DNA of 48,534 bases from Eubacteriales bacterium. Its GTDB lineage: Bacteria > Bacillota > Clostridia > Oscillospirales > CAG-272. A program made the translations under genes and the position numbers. Shown here piece after piece: positions 6,270 to 16,058 of the stretch. Numbering within the stretch: position 1 is the stretch's first letter; every line of letters starts with the position of its first letter. The stretch lies in the NCBI GenBank assembly GCA_045576195.1, contig JAZNFZ010000030.1, positions 1-48,534 of the forward strand. The letters are read 5' to 3'. The notes beneath the pieces are model-generated. The model ran no database searches. It was not told where the DNA came from and was given only the letters and a program-made list of their open reading frames with translations.

Positions 6270-7961
6270 ATGAATTTTTTTGCACAGCTTTTTGGCGTTG
6301 GTGCGATGGTTTCGCTCTTTTTGATCTACCAGCAAAAAAGCAGAAAAAGGATCCTTGCGGCAAAGCTCTCTGCCGATCTTTTCTGGATCGCCCATTACGC
6401 GCTGCTGGGTGCCACGGCGGGGATGATCCCCAATTTTGTGGGCGTGTTCCGCGAGCTGGTTTTCCTGCACCGAAAAAGCAAAAAATGGGCAGGCCTTGTC
6501 ATCTGGCCGATCCTGTTCGTTTTGATCAACTGGGGACTTGGCATCCGCACCTTCCATTCCTGGTTTAATCTGCTGCCCATTGTGGCCTCCACCTTTGTCA
6601 CCTTCTCGCTCTGGATCGACAATCCGATGCTGACGAAGCTGATCTCGGTGCCGATCTCGCTGGCCTTTCTTGTTTACGATGTGTTTGTGGGCTCCTATGT
6701 GGGCATTGTCAGCGAGACGATCGCCATTTGCTCGATTTTACTGTATTTCATCAAAAAATATCTCATAAAGGGGGAAAAGAATATGAAAAGCAAGGTGTTT
6801 ACCGAGGATGCTGCAACCGAAAGAGAGCTGATCGTCACGCGGGGCGAGCCGATCTCCTCCGTGGCCGCTACCATCACCGATGATGCGAGCGAGGAGGCGC
6901 TTGCCCGCGGTGCGCGCTTTTCTGCGGAGATCGGGGAGCGCTTTGTCTCCGATTTTGAGAAGGCGGGGGATAAGATGTGCCACGTTTCCACCTTTGCCGT
7001 TATTGACAATACGGTGTATATGACCTATTATGCCAACACCAAGGAGCCCTCTGAGGATCCCAAAAATCAGACCGCGCGCCTGGTCTATGCCGATCTTGAC
7101 GATCTTGAGCACAAAACCTATCTTGATCTGCAGACCACGGGCGATACGGTGGGGGATAAGGTGATCGATATGGTGTACGATACCATCTTTATGAGGAAGG
7201 ATGCGGACACCATCTATATCATGTGGACGGCGCGGACGGGGGAGAACTACTATCGCTTTTATTGCCCCTTTACGCTCTCCACCAAAACATTGGGTGAGAT
7301 CGGGGTCAATCGCTTTCGGGTGGGGGATGTGGTCAACGACTTTTCGATCAGCGGCATCAAGAGCGCCCTGGCCGCAAACGGTGTGCCCTGCAAAAAAATG
7401 TATTCCGATATCGGCATAATGCAAAAGCTTTCCTCCCGCATAGAAAACGGCGAGACCTGGTACTATTCGGGCACCTACAGCGGCGACTTTACCTGCGTGA
7501 TCAAAAGCCGCGATCTTGTGACCTGGGAGTATGTTTCCCAGCCTGATTTTATCAACGATTCCAAGTGGGAGAACGCCACCTATGTGCTTGGCGACAAGGT
7601 ATATTACTTTGTCAGACAGCAGGATAGCAACAAATGCGGATTTTTAACGGCCTTCGACCTTGAAAAAGGGACTTGGGCCACCCCCGTTGAGGTCTATGAC
7701 TGCCAGTCGCGCTCCGATTTTATCGTGTATCAGGGCAAGCTTTATCTGTTCCACGCCCCCATTGACCGCGAGCACATCGGGGTGATCGAGGTGAACACCG
7801 AGGACCTGGCCGCCAGCCGCGTGGTGCTGCAGGCGAAAATGCCCACCAGCTGCTTCTATCCCTTCATTGAGTATTTTCAAAACGGTGAGCTTGCCATGTC
7901 CTACACCGTAGCAAGAAGGCATATCAGACTGGCAGAGTTTACACTTGGTCACTATCTTTGA
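6270..7961 (+). CDS. Fusion ORF: N-terminal YgjV-like multi-pass membrane domain (6270-6782) plus C-terminal ~392-aa predicted beta-propeller/sialidase-like-fold domain of unknown function (6783-7961)
   Basis: RBS AAGGAGAG before ATG 6270. A second good RBS (GGGGG) precedes the in-frame ATG at 6783. The N-part resembles the YgjV family in size and hydrophobicity. The C-part is rich in aromatic/Gly-Asp beta-strand repeats. See the finding on the A6 tract. Confidence 0.6.
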   Translation: MNFFAQLFGVGAMVSLFLIYQQKSRKRILAAKLSADLFWIAHYALLGATAGMIPNFVGVFRELVFLHRKSKKWAGLVIWPILFVLINWGLGIRTFHSWFNLLPIVASTFVTFSLWIDNPMLTKLISVPISLAFLVYDVFVGSYVGIVSETIAICSILLYFIKKYLIKGEKNMKSKVFTEDAATERELIVTRGEPISSVAATITDDASEEALARGARFSAEIGERFVSDFEKAGDKMCHVSTFAVIDNTVYMTYYANTKEPSEDPKNQTARLVYADLDDLEHKTYLDLQTTGDTVGDKVIDMVYDTIFMRKDADTIYIMWTARTGENYYRFYCPFTLSTKTLGEIGVNRFRVGDVVNDFSISGIKSALAANGVPCKKMYSDIGIMQKLSSRIENGETWYYSGTYSGDFTCVIKSRDLVTWEYVSQPDFINDSKWENATYVLGDKVYYFVRQQDSNKCGFLTAFDLEKGTWATPVEVYDCQSRSDFIVYQGKLYLFHAPIDREHIGVIEVNTEDLAASRVVLQAKMPTSCFYPFIEYFQNGELAMSYTVARRHIRLAEFTLGHYL

Positions 7962-8104
7962 GATGTGTACCGAAAAAAGACCGGTGCGGTGGTGAGGTAT
8001 CATCATCCACCGCTTTGAGATCGGAAGCAAACCGTAAAACGGAAAAATGCATAGATCTGTTTAAAATATTAAAAATCACTCTTTTCAAAATTAACAAAAA
8101 GCGC

Positions 8105-8134
8105 AAAAGGCACGCCCAAATAGGCGTGCCTTTT
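8105..8134. terminator. Bidirectional intrinsic terminator (end of addA)
   Basis: AAAA-GGCACGCC-caaata-GGCGTGCC-TTTT. Confidence 0.8.
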
Positions 8135-8138
8135 GTTA

Positions 8139-11100
8139 TTATGGGCGCTCCAGCGCCATGCCGAGCGGCAAGGAATAGATGAGAACGGTGTCGGGCGCAC
8201 GCCCGATCATGCGCTCCAGCGCCTTGGCATAATAGGTCAGCTGTCTGCCGTGGCGTTCAAACAAGATTTTTGCCGCCAGAGCGGGTGAGCGAAGCGCCTC
8301 GGGGGGCAAACGGTCGGTTTTGTAGTCACACAGCACCAGTCTGCCGTCGCCGTCAATAAAGAAGAGGTCGATCACACCCTGCACCATCAGCAGCTCCTCC
8401 TGCAGCTGCTCGCGCAGGGTGGGGCTTTCCGTGAATTCTGCGGCGGGCAGGAAGATGTTGAAGCGTGTTTCGCGATGGATCTCGCGGGCGTGTGAAAGGG
8501 AGTGGAACAGCTCGCTTTCAAAAAAGCGCGCCAGCTCATCAAGACGAACAAGCTGCCTTGCCTCGCAGGGCAGGAAATGTGCGGCAATCAGCCGCTCCAG
8601 CTCCTCCCTCGGGTCCGCTGCCGCCCGCTCGTAGTCGCAGAACTGCAAAAACTCGTGGGTGGCCGTGCCGCGCTCGGCGGCGGTCGTCTCCCTTGCTGCC
8701 CCAAAGCGCGGGGTGCGGTCAAAGGAGCGCAGCAGAGCCTCGGTGTTGGGAGCGAGCAGCTCATCGGGATCGGGGGCGTTGTCGGTGTCAAACACGTCGA
8801 GAACATCGGGCGTCAGACGGGAGACCGAGAGCTTGGCAGGGAGCTTTGTCAGGTGCTCAAAGGGGTAGGTGAAGGAAAAGCGCTGGCGCAGCAGCTCGGG
8901 TGAGGTGTCCGTCTCCGAGACGGCCTCCTCGGGGAGCGTGTCGCACGGGGGAGGCGTTTGAGAGAGGATCGAGAGCTCGGGGTAGATGTCAAGCTCGCAA
9001 AAGGGCTCGTAATCGGTTTTCTGCAGCCCCGCCAGAATAAAGTCAAGAAAGCTGCTGCCGTCAGCAGCAAAGAGATCGGTCTTGTCGCTGCCGCCGATCC
9101 GCGATTTTGAAAAGCAGCCCTCTGTGCCGTAGGTGGGCGAGCCCGTTACATAAAGCCGCTCGCGCGCACGGGTCATTGCCACATACAGCACCCGCATCTC
9201 GTCCTCCTTTTCAAGGCGGGCAAGCGTCATACGCAGGCACTCGCGCCAGAAGGTGTTGGCGTGCGAAAAGGCACCCGCATTGGGAAGGCGAAAGGCCGCG
9301 CCGATGTCATCAATGCTGATGAAGGATTCGCTCTGATCCTTGGTCTGGAAGGAGGCGGCCGCGTTGGCGATGAAGCAAACGGGGAACTCAAGTCCCTTGG
9401 AGTGGTGAATGGTGATCAGAGAAACGGCGTTGGGCGACTCGGTGGGGGTGGGAATGGCGGTGTTGTTCTTCATAATATCGTCAATGTACCGCACGAAGCC
9501 GAAAAGCCCCCTGAAGCCGTTTGCCTCAAATTTTCTGGCGTATTCGAGGAGTCGCCTGAGATTGGCGCGGCGTGCACGCGCCCCCTCCTCGGTGAGCGTG
9601 TCGCCGTCGGTGATCGAAAAGGCCGTCGTTTCGCGGTAGAGGTAGCGCAGCAGCTTGTCTACCGAAAGCGCCTCGGCTCTCTCGCAGTAATCCTGCAGCC
9701 GCCTTTCAAAATCAAGGCATTTGCGGTAAAGCGCGGGGGCATCGGCGCCGCCGTTTGCCAGGACGCATTTGAGCGAGCGGTAGAGCGAGAGCTCATGGCC
9801 GCCTGCGCGGCGGATGGCGACCAGATCCTCCAGCGTAAAGCCGAAGAAGGGGGAGCGCAGCGTGGCCGCCAGATGGATATCCCGCTCGGGGTTATCGATG
9901 GTGGCAAGCAGGCTGTAAACACAAAGGACCTCGGGATTTTCAAAAAAGCTTTTCTTCGAGGCGTCGTTTGCGGCAATGTGATAGGCGGCCAGCTCGCGGG
10001 AGAGCGCGGCGGCGATCTTATCGCTGCGGAACAGCACGGCAATGTCCGAGGGGCGGATGGGGGTGCCGTCGGCCTTGGTCTCCTCGCGGATCAGACGGTG
10101 GATCTCCCGTGCGATCATCCGCGCCTCGGCAGTGGTCCTGTCGTCGGCCACGTCCTCCCGCTCCTGCTTTTTGGCGCGCTCCACCAGCATCAGACGGCAT
10201 TTGGGGGAGCGGTAGTCCTCGCAGGGCGGCTTTTTGGAAAAGATGAGGTCGTCCTCCTTGGTGTAGCCGATCGCCTTGGCGCAGGTGGAAAAGAGGTGAC
10301 CCGATACCGCGTTGGAAAAGCGGATCACGTTTTCGTCGCAGCGGAAGCAGTTGGACATCAGCACCGCCGCGGCGGCATCCTCCTTTTTGGCTTCTTCCAG
10401 CAAAGGGAAGGCGTGACGGTAGGAGGCAAACACCGCAGGCTGTGCACCGCGGAAGCGATAGATGCTTTGCTTGATGTCACCCACCATAAAGCGGTTGCGG
10501 GGCGTGGAGATGGCGCGGAAGGTGGCATCCTGCATGGCATCGGTGTCCTGATATTCGTCGATGTAGATGGCATCAAAGGACTTTGAAAGCTCCCGTGCCA
10601 GCGGTGTCGGCTCGCCGTTTTTCTCCACCAGAAGGCGGAAGGCGGCGCGGGAAATATCGGAAAATTCGCAGATCTCGCGCTGGCGCTTTGCCAGGCGGTA
10701 TTCCTCAAGATAAAGCGAGATCGCGCGGTGAAGGATCCGCAAAAGCGAGGCGGTCTCAAGTGCCGAGGCCTCTACCTCCTCGGCGGAGAAGACACCGAAG
10801 GCCTCGGAGAGTGCTTTGAATTTTTTGTGGAACTCGGCACAAAGAGCGATATACTCGGTGCACGCGGGCGAGAGCTCGCCCATTCCTCTGCCGCCCCGCA
10901 GGCTTCCTTCAAATTTTTTCGCGAGAAGCAGGAGCACATCGGTAAGGTCACCCTTTTTCAGAGCGGCCAGCAGCGCGTTACAGCGATCCAGCGTCTCGGT
11001 GTAAAGCTCGCCGTATTTTTTGCGGAGCTTGTCCGCCTCCGCCTCTTCGGTAAAGGCCGCCAGCGCGTGGGCGAACAGCAGCGCACCGCCCGTTGCCAGG

Positions 11101-11759
11101 CGCTCCAGCTCGTCGGCAAAGGATCTGCCGAAGGGGGTGGAAAGAGGCTTGTCCGCCCCCCGCTCCAGCACCGTTGCGGAATTCAGCAGGAAATCGGCAA
11201 AGGCGGGGTATTTTTCCAGCTTCCCCGTGATCTCCACCAGCGTGTCGGTCAGCGATTCCTCGGAGCGGATGCGGCAAAACAGATCGGAGATGCGGTAAAA
11301 ATCCTCGCACTCGCGATACATACGGTCGATCACGTCACTCATCGTATCACGGCGGAGCGAAAGCAGCTCGGCATCGTCTGCCATGCGGAAGGAAGAGGGA
11401 AGCTCGGTCGACTCAATATTGGCGCGCACCAGATCCAGATAAAAGGAGTCAATGGTTGAGATCCTTGCGCCGCCAAGCAGCATCAGCTGGCGGGTCAGAT
11501 GGCGGTTTTCGGGGTCGGCGGCCAGCGCCTCGGTCAGCGCCCTTGAAATGCGCTGCCGCAGCTCGCCCGCCGCGGCTCTGGTAAAGGTGACGATCAGCAG
11601 CCGCGAAATGTCGGTGGGGTTTTCCTTGTCGGTCAGTGAGCGGATAATGCGCTCGGTAAGAACGGCGGTTTTGCCTGAGCCTGCTGCGGCGGATACCAGC
11701 AGGGTGCGCCGACGCTCATCCATTGCGGATTGCTGCGCTTTGGTAAATTCTCTTGCCAT
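8139..11759 (-). CDS. addA: ATP-dependent helicase/nuclease subunit A (AddA)
   Basis: UvrD-type helicase with Walker A SAAAGSGKTAVL and a C-terminal RecB-family nuclease region. Start set at MAREFT (ATG 11759), preceded by AAAGGAGG. The ORF track extends to 11807. Confidence 0.9.
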   Translation of the reverse strand: MAREFTKAQQSAMDERRRTLLVSAAAGSGKTAVLTERIIRSLTDKENPTDISRLLIVTFTRAAAGELRQRISRALTEALAADPENRHLTRQLMLLGGARISTIDSFYLDLVRANIESTELPSSFRMADDAELLSLRRDTMSDVIDRMYRECEDFYRISDLFCRIRSEESLTDTLVEITGKLEKYPAFADFLLNSATVLERGADKPLSTPFGRSFADELERLATGGALLFAHALAAFTEEAEADKLRKKYGELYTETLDRCNALLAALKKGDLTDVLLLLAKKFEGSLRGGRGMGELSPACTEYIALCAEFHKKFKALSEAFGVFSAEEVEASALETASLLRILHRAISLYLEEYRLAKRQREICEFSDISRAAFRLLVEKNGEPTPLARELSKSFDAIYIDEYQDTDAMQDATFRAISTPRNRFMVGDIKQSIYRFRGAQPAVFASYRHAFPLLEEAKKEDAAAAVLMSNCFRCDENVIRFSNAVSGHLFSTCAKAIGYTKEDDLIFSKKPPCEDYRSPKCRLMLVERAKKQEREDVADDRTTAEARMIAREIHRLIREETKADGTPIRPSDIAVLFRSDKIAAALSRELAAYHIAANDASKKSFFENPEVLCVYSLLATIDNPERDIHLAATLRSPFFGFTLEDLVAIRRAGGHELSLYRSLKCVLANGGADAPALYRKCLDFERRLQDYCERAEALSVDKLLRYLYRETTAFSITDGDTLTEEGARARRANLRRLLEYARKFEANGFRGLFGFVRYIDDIMKNNTAIPTPTESPNAVSLITIHHSKGLEFPVCFIANAAASFQTKDQSESFISIDDIGAAFRLPNAGAFSHANTFWRECLRMTLARLEKEDEMRVLYVAMTRARERLYVTGSPTYGTEGCFSKSRIGGSDKTDLFAADGSSFLDFILAGLQKTDYEPFCELDIYPELSILSQTPPPCDTLPEEAVSETDTSPELLRQRFSFTYPFEHLTKLPAKLSVSRLTPDVLDVFDTDNAPDPDELLAPNTEALLRSFDRTPRFGAARETTAAERGTATHEFLQFCDYERAAADPREELERLIAAHFLPCEARQLVRLDELARFFESELFHSLSHAREIHRETRFNIFLPAAEFTESPTLREQLQEELLMVQGVIDLFFIDGDGRLVLCDYKTDRLPPEALRSPALAAKILFERHGRQLTYYAKALERMIGRAPDTVLIYSLPLGMALERP

Positions 11760-11773
11760 GCTGTGATCCTCCT

Positions 11774-14700
11774 TTACTGATTTTTCTGCTTTTTCGAGGC
11801 GCGGCAAACCTTGTCAAAGGGGCAGTACTCGCAGGGCAGTCTTCCTCCGTGCTCGTTGGGGATCGCCTCGGCGTGCCCGCTCTTCATGCTGCTGTTGATG
11901 CGCGAAACACTCGCGGTCAGTCGGTCAAACAGCCCCTCAAGCTCCTCCTTTTCCATCTGCCGCTGGCTCTTGCTGCGGCCACCCCCCACGATCTCGGGGG
12001 AAAGGGAATGGGAAAGCGCTCCCTTGATCTCCTCGTCATTGAGCACCACACCCTCGCGGGAAAGCCTTGAGAGTGCCGCCTCCATTGCGGCCTCCTCCTC
12101 AATGCGGGCGGGGGTATGCTCGGTGCCGATGGCCGTGGAAAGGTAGCTGACGGCGGCAGGCCTCAGGGGTGTGCCCTCACCAAGGCCCAGCTGCTTCACG
12201 AGATCGGGGTGATGCTCGCGGCAAAGCGCCATCAGGTAAAGGGGCATCTGCAGGCAAAAGCCGCGCTCGATCTCGTCGGGATCAAATTTTCGCGTGCCTG
12301 TTTTATAGTCAACCACGCGGAGGTAGGCTTCGTTGCTTGCCTTGTGGTGATAGACATCAACGCGGTCGATCTTGCCGTTGAGAGGGATCCTTGTGCCGTC
12401 CTCCAGGTGAAGGGCGGGAGGGGTGGCAAGGCGGGAAAGGTCAAGCTCAAGAAAGGCAGGGGTAAAGCTGCTGTCGGCAAGCTCTGCTGCAATGCTCGAG
12501 ACAATGAGCCTTGCCAGGGTGAAATAGCGGCGGAGCAGTGCCTCGGTGCGGGGCGAAAATTCGCCTCCCGCCTCGATCAGCTCCTTTTTGTAATCGGTAA
12601 AAATGTGGTCAACAAGCGCATCCACCTCATCGGCGGTATAGTCAGAAAGGCGCTTGCTCTGGGCGCGCATCGTGCCCATCACGTGCTCCAGCACGTGATG
12701 GATAAAGATGCCCGTGTCGGCTGCGGAGAGCGTGTTGCTCGGCTCCTCGCGCAGGCGCAGGATCCTGCTGCAATAATAGGCAAAGCGGCAGGAGGCGTAG
12801 CTCTCAAGCTGCGAGGGGCTGAGAGTGTTGCGGGAAAAGATATCCCGTGCGGCCTCGGGGGAGATGCGGGCGTTCTGCTCGGTGATGGGCAGCCCGTAGT
12901 GGGAAAGGCCCGTCACACCGTGCTCCTCAAGGAGCGGGAGCAGCGCCCGACGGCGCGCGGGATCAAGCTCGGGCAGATGCTCGGCTGCTGCCTCGGGCGT
13001 GAAGATATGTGAGAGGGGATCTGCCGCATCAAAGCGCTCCTCGCGAAGGAAGGGAAACAGCTTTTTGACGCGCTCCAGCACAAAGGAGGGGGTCGCGGCG
13101 CGCCCCTCGGTGGTGGCTTCGGAATACGAGAGATAGAGCCCCTGCTGCGGCGCCGTCAGCGCTCGCCAGGCATAAAACAGCTCGTCGGAGGTTTGGGTGT
13201 CGGTGGTAGCGGAAAGCTCAATGCCAAGCTCTGAGAGCTTTCTCTTTTCCGCATCGCCGAGCAGGCCGTTTTCACTGACAATGCGGGGAAACTCGCCCTC
13301 ATTGAGGCCTAACACCAGCACGAAGCGGGGGTGGTCGGCGCGCAGCGTGGAGGCAGAGCCGACAGTCACCTCATCTGCCGCCGTGGGGATCGAGCCGATG
13401 TCGGTCTCCGCAAACAAAATCGAAAGTGCATCCGAAAACTGCGCGAGCGAAAGAGGCTCGTCGCAAAGGGTGTCGGAAAGGCTCTCCAGTGCATCCACCA
13501 TCACGCCCCACAGGCGGGAAAGCTCCTCCGCCTCCCGCTTTTTGCCTGCGCGAAGCCGCGTATCGGCCTGCGCCTTCAGGGTATCGGCCACACCAAGGGA
13601 GGTCAAGAGCTCGTAGAGCGAGCGGCAGAGTGCTGAGGCACTCTTTTCCTCCTCGGCGGCGGTGAAGAATGCGGAAAGAGCAGGATAGATGGCCTCGCGC
13701 ACGCGGTTGGCCGCGGCAAGGATCTCCTCGCCGCGCCTTGAGCGGATCGTGGTATAGCCGTCGGGATTTTTGGTAAAGGGTGCCGCGTAGCTTTTTGCAC
13801 CGCGCAGCCGCCAGGTATTGGCATATTCCTCAAATAGGTAAACATCGTCGCGGGATACGGGGCAAAAGCCTGTTTTGAGGTAACCGATCACATCCTCCCC
13901 GCGCCAGCCGTAGCGGCCGATGCGAAGCACATAAAGGATCAGCTTGATCAGCGGATGCAGGGTGAGGTCGGTTTTCTCGGAGAAGAAGAAGGGGATGCCC
14001 TCCTTTTCAAGCGTTGCGTCGATAATGCCGCTCCACCCGTTGGCATCGCGCATCACCACCGCAATGTCGCGGTAGCGAGCGCCCTCGCGCACCAGGCGGT
14101 GGATCGTGGCGGCGGCGTGCTCGGCCTCCGCAAAGGGAGAGGGGCAGGCGGTGACCGTCAGGTCATTCCACGAGGCAGCGGCAAGCGGAGATGGCTCCGC
14201 GGTCATGTCAAACAGTCGGTCTGCAAGCAGCTCGGCGGAGCGGGTAGGCTTCTTTTTCGTGGGCGGGCAGACAAAAACCTCCTTGCCTGCCTTGGCTGCC
14301 AGTCGCTCCAGACGGCGCACGGTGTGGCGGGCGGAGGAAAGATGCAGGCTCCCATCCCGCACAGAGGGGAGGGGAGTGGTAAAGTTGATCTCGGGGGAGA
14401 CCTGCATCAGCTCACCCAGCACGGCAAGCTCCTGTGCGGTAAAATCCGTAAAGGAATCCACAAAAAAGACGGTGTCGGCAAACAGCTCCCTGCCGTTGTC
14501 CTTCAGAATGGCGGCCAGGCGTGTCAGGTCGTCCTCCATATCGTCAAAGCGGTCGTAAAGCGCCCTTTCAAAGGAGGCAAGGATCAGTCCGATGTCATGC
14601 AGCTTTGCGCCGAGCGGATCCTCCTCCTCCAGCTGCTCGGCAGCGCCAAGCAGCGTGTCGGGGGAGACGAGATAGGCCTTGAACTGTGCCTTGGCGGAAA

Positions 14701-15061
14701 GCATGGTATCGCAAAAATGAATGTCACCCGCCGCGCTCTCCCCGTATTTGGTCAGCAACGGCGCCACCTCGCGCAGGGTGCGCCACATCAGAAGGGCAGA
14801 GACCCCCCTTGTGGCATAGCGATGGGAAAGTCCGCCCACCGTGCGGAAGGTGCGGTTGGCAAGTCTGGTGAAATTCAGCACCTCAAAGGAGAGCTGAGCG
14901 GATGGGGGCAGGAGCCGCAGCATTTGGCGCTCACGGCTGACCGTCTCCTGCTCGGGCACCAGCAGGACCGCGCGCTTGCCTGCGGCAACCGTGTCCTTGA
15001 TGGATCGGCAGAGCGTTTGCTGTGTCTCGTCGTATCCTGCGCCGTAAAGCAAGCGGATCAT
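11774..15061 (-). CDS. addB: ATP-dependent helicase/nuclease subunit B (AddB)
   Basis: 1095 aa, immediately upstream of addA. C-terminal nuclease/Fe-S cysteines (YASCRFAYYCS ... CEYCPFDKVC). Confidence 0.9.
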   Translation of the reverse strand: MIRLLYGAGYDETQQTLCRSIKDTVAAGKRAVLLVPEQETVSRERQMLRLLPPSAQLSFEVLNFTRLANRTFRTVGGLSHRYATRGVSALLMWRTLREVAPLLTKYGESAAGDIHFCDTMLSAKAQFKAYLVSPDTLLGAAEQLEEEDPLGAKLHDIGLILASFERALYDRFDDMEDDLTRLAAILKDNGRELFADTVFFVDSFTDFTAQELAVLGELMQVSPEINFTTPLPSVRDGSLHLSSARHTVRRLERLAAKAGKEVFVCPPTKKKPTRSAELLADRLFDMTAEPSPLAAASWNDLTVTACPSPFAEAEHAAATIHRLVREGARYRDIAVVMRDANGWSGIIDATLEKEGIPFFFSEKTDLTLHPLIKLILYVLRIGRYGWRGEDVIGYLKTGFCPVSRDDVYLFEEYANTWRLRGAKSYAAPFTKNPDGYTTIRSRRGEEILAAANRVREAIYPALSAFFTAAEEEKSASALCRSLYELLTSLGVADTLKAQADTRLRAGKKREAEELSRLWGVMVDALESLSDTLCDEPLSLAQFSDALSILFAETDIGSIPTAADEVTVGSASTLRADHPRFVLVLGLNEGEFPRIVSENGLLGDAEKRKLSELGIELSATTDTQTSDELFYAWRALTAPQQGLYLSYSEATTEGRAATPSFVLERVKKLFPFLREERFDAADPLSHIFTPEAAAEHLPELDPARRRALLPLLEEHGVTGLSHYGLPITEQNARISPEAARDIFSRNTLSPSQLESYASCRFAYYCSRILRLREEPSNTLSAADTGIFIHHVLEHVMGTMRAQSKRLSDYTADEVDALVDHIFTDYKKELIEAGGEFSPRTEALLRRYFTLARLIVSSIAAELADSSFTPAFLELDLSRLATPPALHLEDGTRIPLNGKIDRVDVYHHKASNEAYLRVVDYKTGTRKFDPDEIERGFCLQMPLYLMALCREHHPDLVKQLGLGEGTPLRPAAVSYLSTAIGTEHTPARIEEEAAMEAALSRLSREGVVLNDEEIKGALSHSLSPEIVGGGRSKSQRQMEKEELEGLFDRLTASVSRINSSMKSGHAEAIPNEHGGRLPCEYCPFDKVCRASKKQKNQ

Positions 15062-15885
15062 GGTGTGGTCTCCTTTCCTTCTTTGATGGTGAGATTGCGA
15101 AGAATCGTCTCCCTGCCGCGCCAGCTGTAGGCGCGGGCGGCAAACGCCGCTTCCTCCATTTCGGTGACCTCGGCGGCGGTAATGGATGGCTTTGCGGTAT
15201 TGCGGAAGAACGCAATAGGGGTGCAGAGCGTGCCGTTGCGGCGTGCTGCTTCGGTAAAGGGGCAGACGGTCTGGCAGCGGTCACAGCCCCAGCAAAGCTC
15301 GTGCGCCAGCAGCGCATCGGTCTCCTCCCTTGTCAGCGCCCCCTTTTTCTGGGTCAGCGCGGAAAGGCAGCGCGCGGGATCGAGCGACACGGGGCAGGCC
15401 GCAAGGCAGGCTCCGCAGTCGGCGCAGCCCCCGATCTCCCCTCTGGGTAGCACAAGGGGCGCATCGGTAATGATCTCGGCGAGAAACACAAAGGAGGAAT
15501 GCTCCTTTGTGAGCAGCAGGTGATTTTTTCCGATCACCCCAAGCCCCGCGCGCGCGGCAGCCTCGACCTCGGCAATGGGGGAATGATCGCCGAAAAAGGC
15601 AAAGCGGTTGGCGGGAAAGGCCTCCTGCAGCGGGCGGCGAATTGCCTCAAACAGCCGCGCAAGAAACAAATGGTAATCCGCAGAAACCGCATAAACCGAA
15701 ATATTTCTTGCAGAATCGTCACAGCTTGTGGTATAATAAGGTATGGCAAGCATAAATGCCGTTCCCGCCCCGATGCCCGCACGGTCAAGAAGATAGGGGC
15801 GCGTGATGCGGCAATGGTCAAGTGAGATCGGCGCCACCAGCGTGATGCCGTGCTCTGCCAGCAGAGCCTTGATCGTATGAAGCAT
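15058..15885 (-). CDS. Short QueG-like 4Fe-4S ferredoxin-domain protein (putative epoxyqueuosine reductase family)
   Basis: 275 aa. Two ferredoxin-type Cys clusters (CADCGACLAACP, CWGCDRCQTVCP). The stop overlaps the addB start (ATGA). Confidence 0.55.
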   Translation of the reverse strand: MLHTIKALLAEHGITLVAPISLDHCRITRPYLLDRAGIGAGTAFMLAIPYYTTSCDDSARNISVYAVSADYHLFLARLFEAIRRPLQEAFPANRFAFFGDHSPIAEVEAAARAGLGVIGKNHLLLTKEHSSFVFLAEIITDAPLVLPRGEIGGCADCGACLAACPVSLDPARCLSALTQKKGALTREETDALLAHELCWGCDRCQTVCPFTEAARRNGTLCTPIAFFRNTAKPSITAAEVTEMEEAAFAARAYSWRGRETILRNLTIKEGKETTP

Positions 15886-16058
15886 GTTCCGTACCGCCTT
15901 TCTTCAAGCTTTTCTTTATTATAGCAAATTCTTTTCGTCATTGCAATCGGGAAAGTGCTTTTTTGCCCGAATTCAGCGAATTTTTGCCACATAATCATCA
16001 AATCTTCACAGAACGGCTCTATACTGGAGCTATATCACAAGGAGGGGAGAGATCGCTT

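Noticed and set aside
7986-8017. Hairpin GCGGTGG-(14 nt)-CCACCGC after the 6270-7961 ORF as a terminator
   Set aside because: The loop is large and the tail is only TTT, so it is not convincing enough to list as a feature. The 8105-8134 bidirectional terminator may serve both genes.
9261-10586. 441-aa plus-strand ORF (and a similar one at 13955-15130) inside addA/addB
   Set aside because: Both are antisense to well-supported AddA/AddB coding sequence, and their Gly/Arg/Val-rich composition is typical of GC-rich shadow ORFs.
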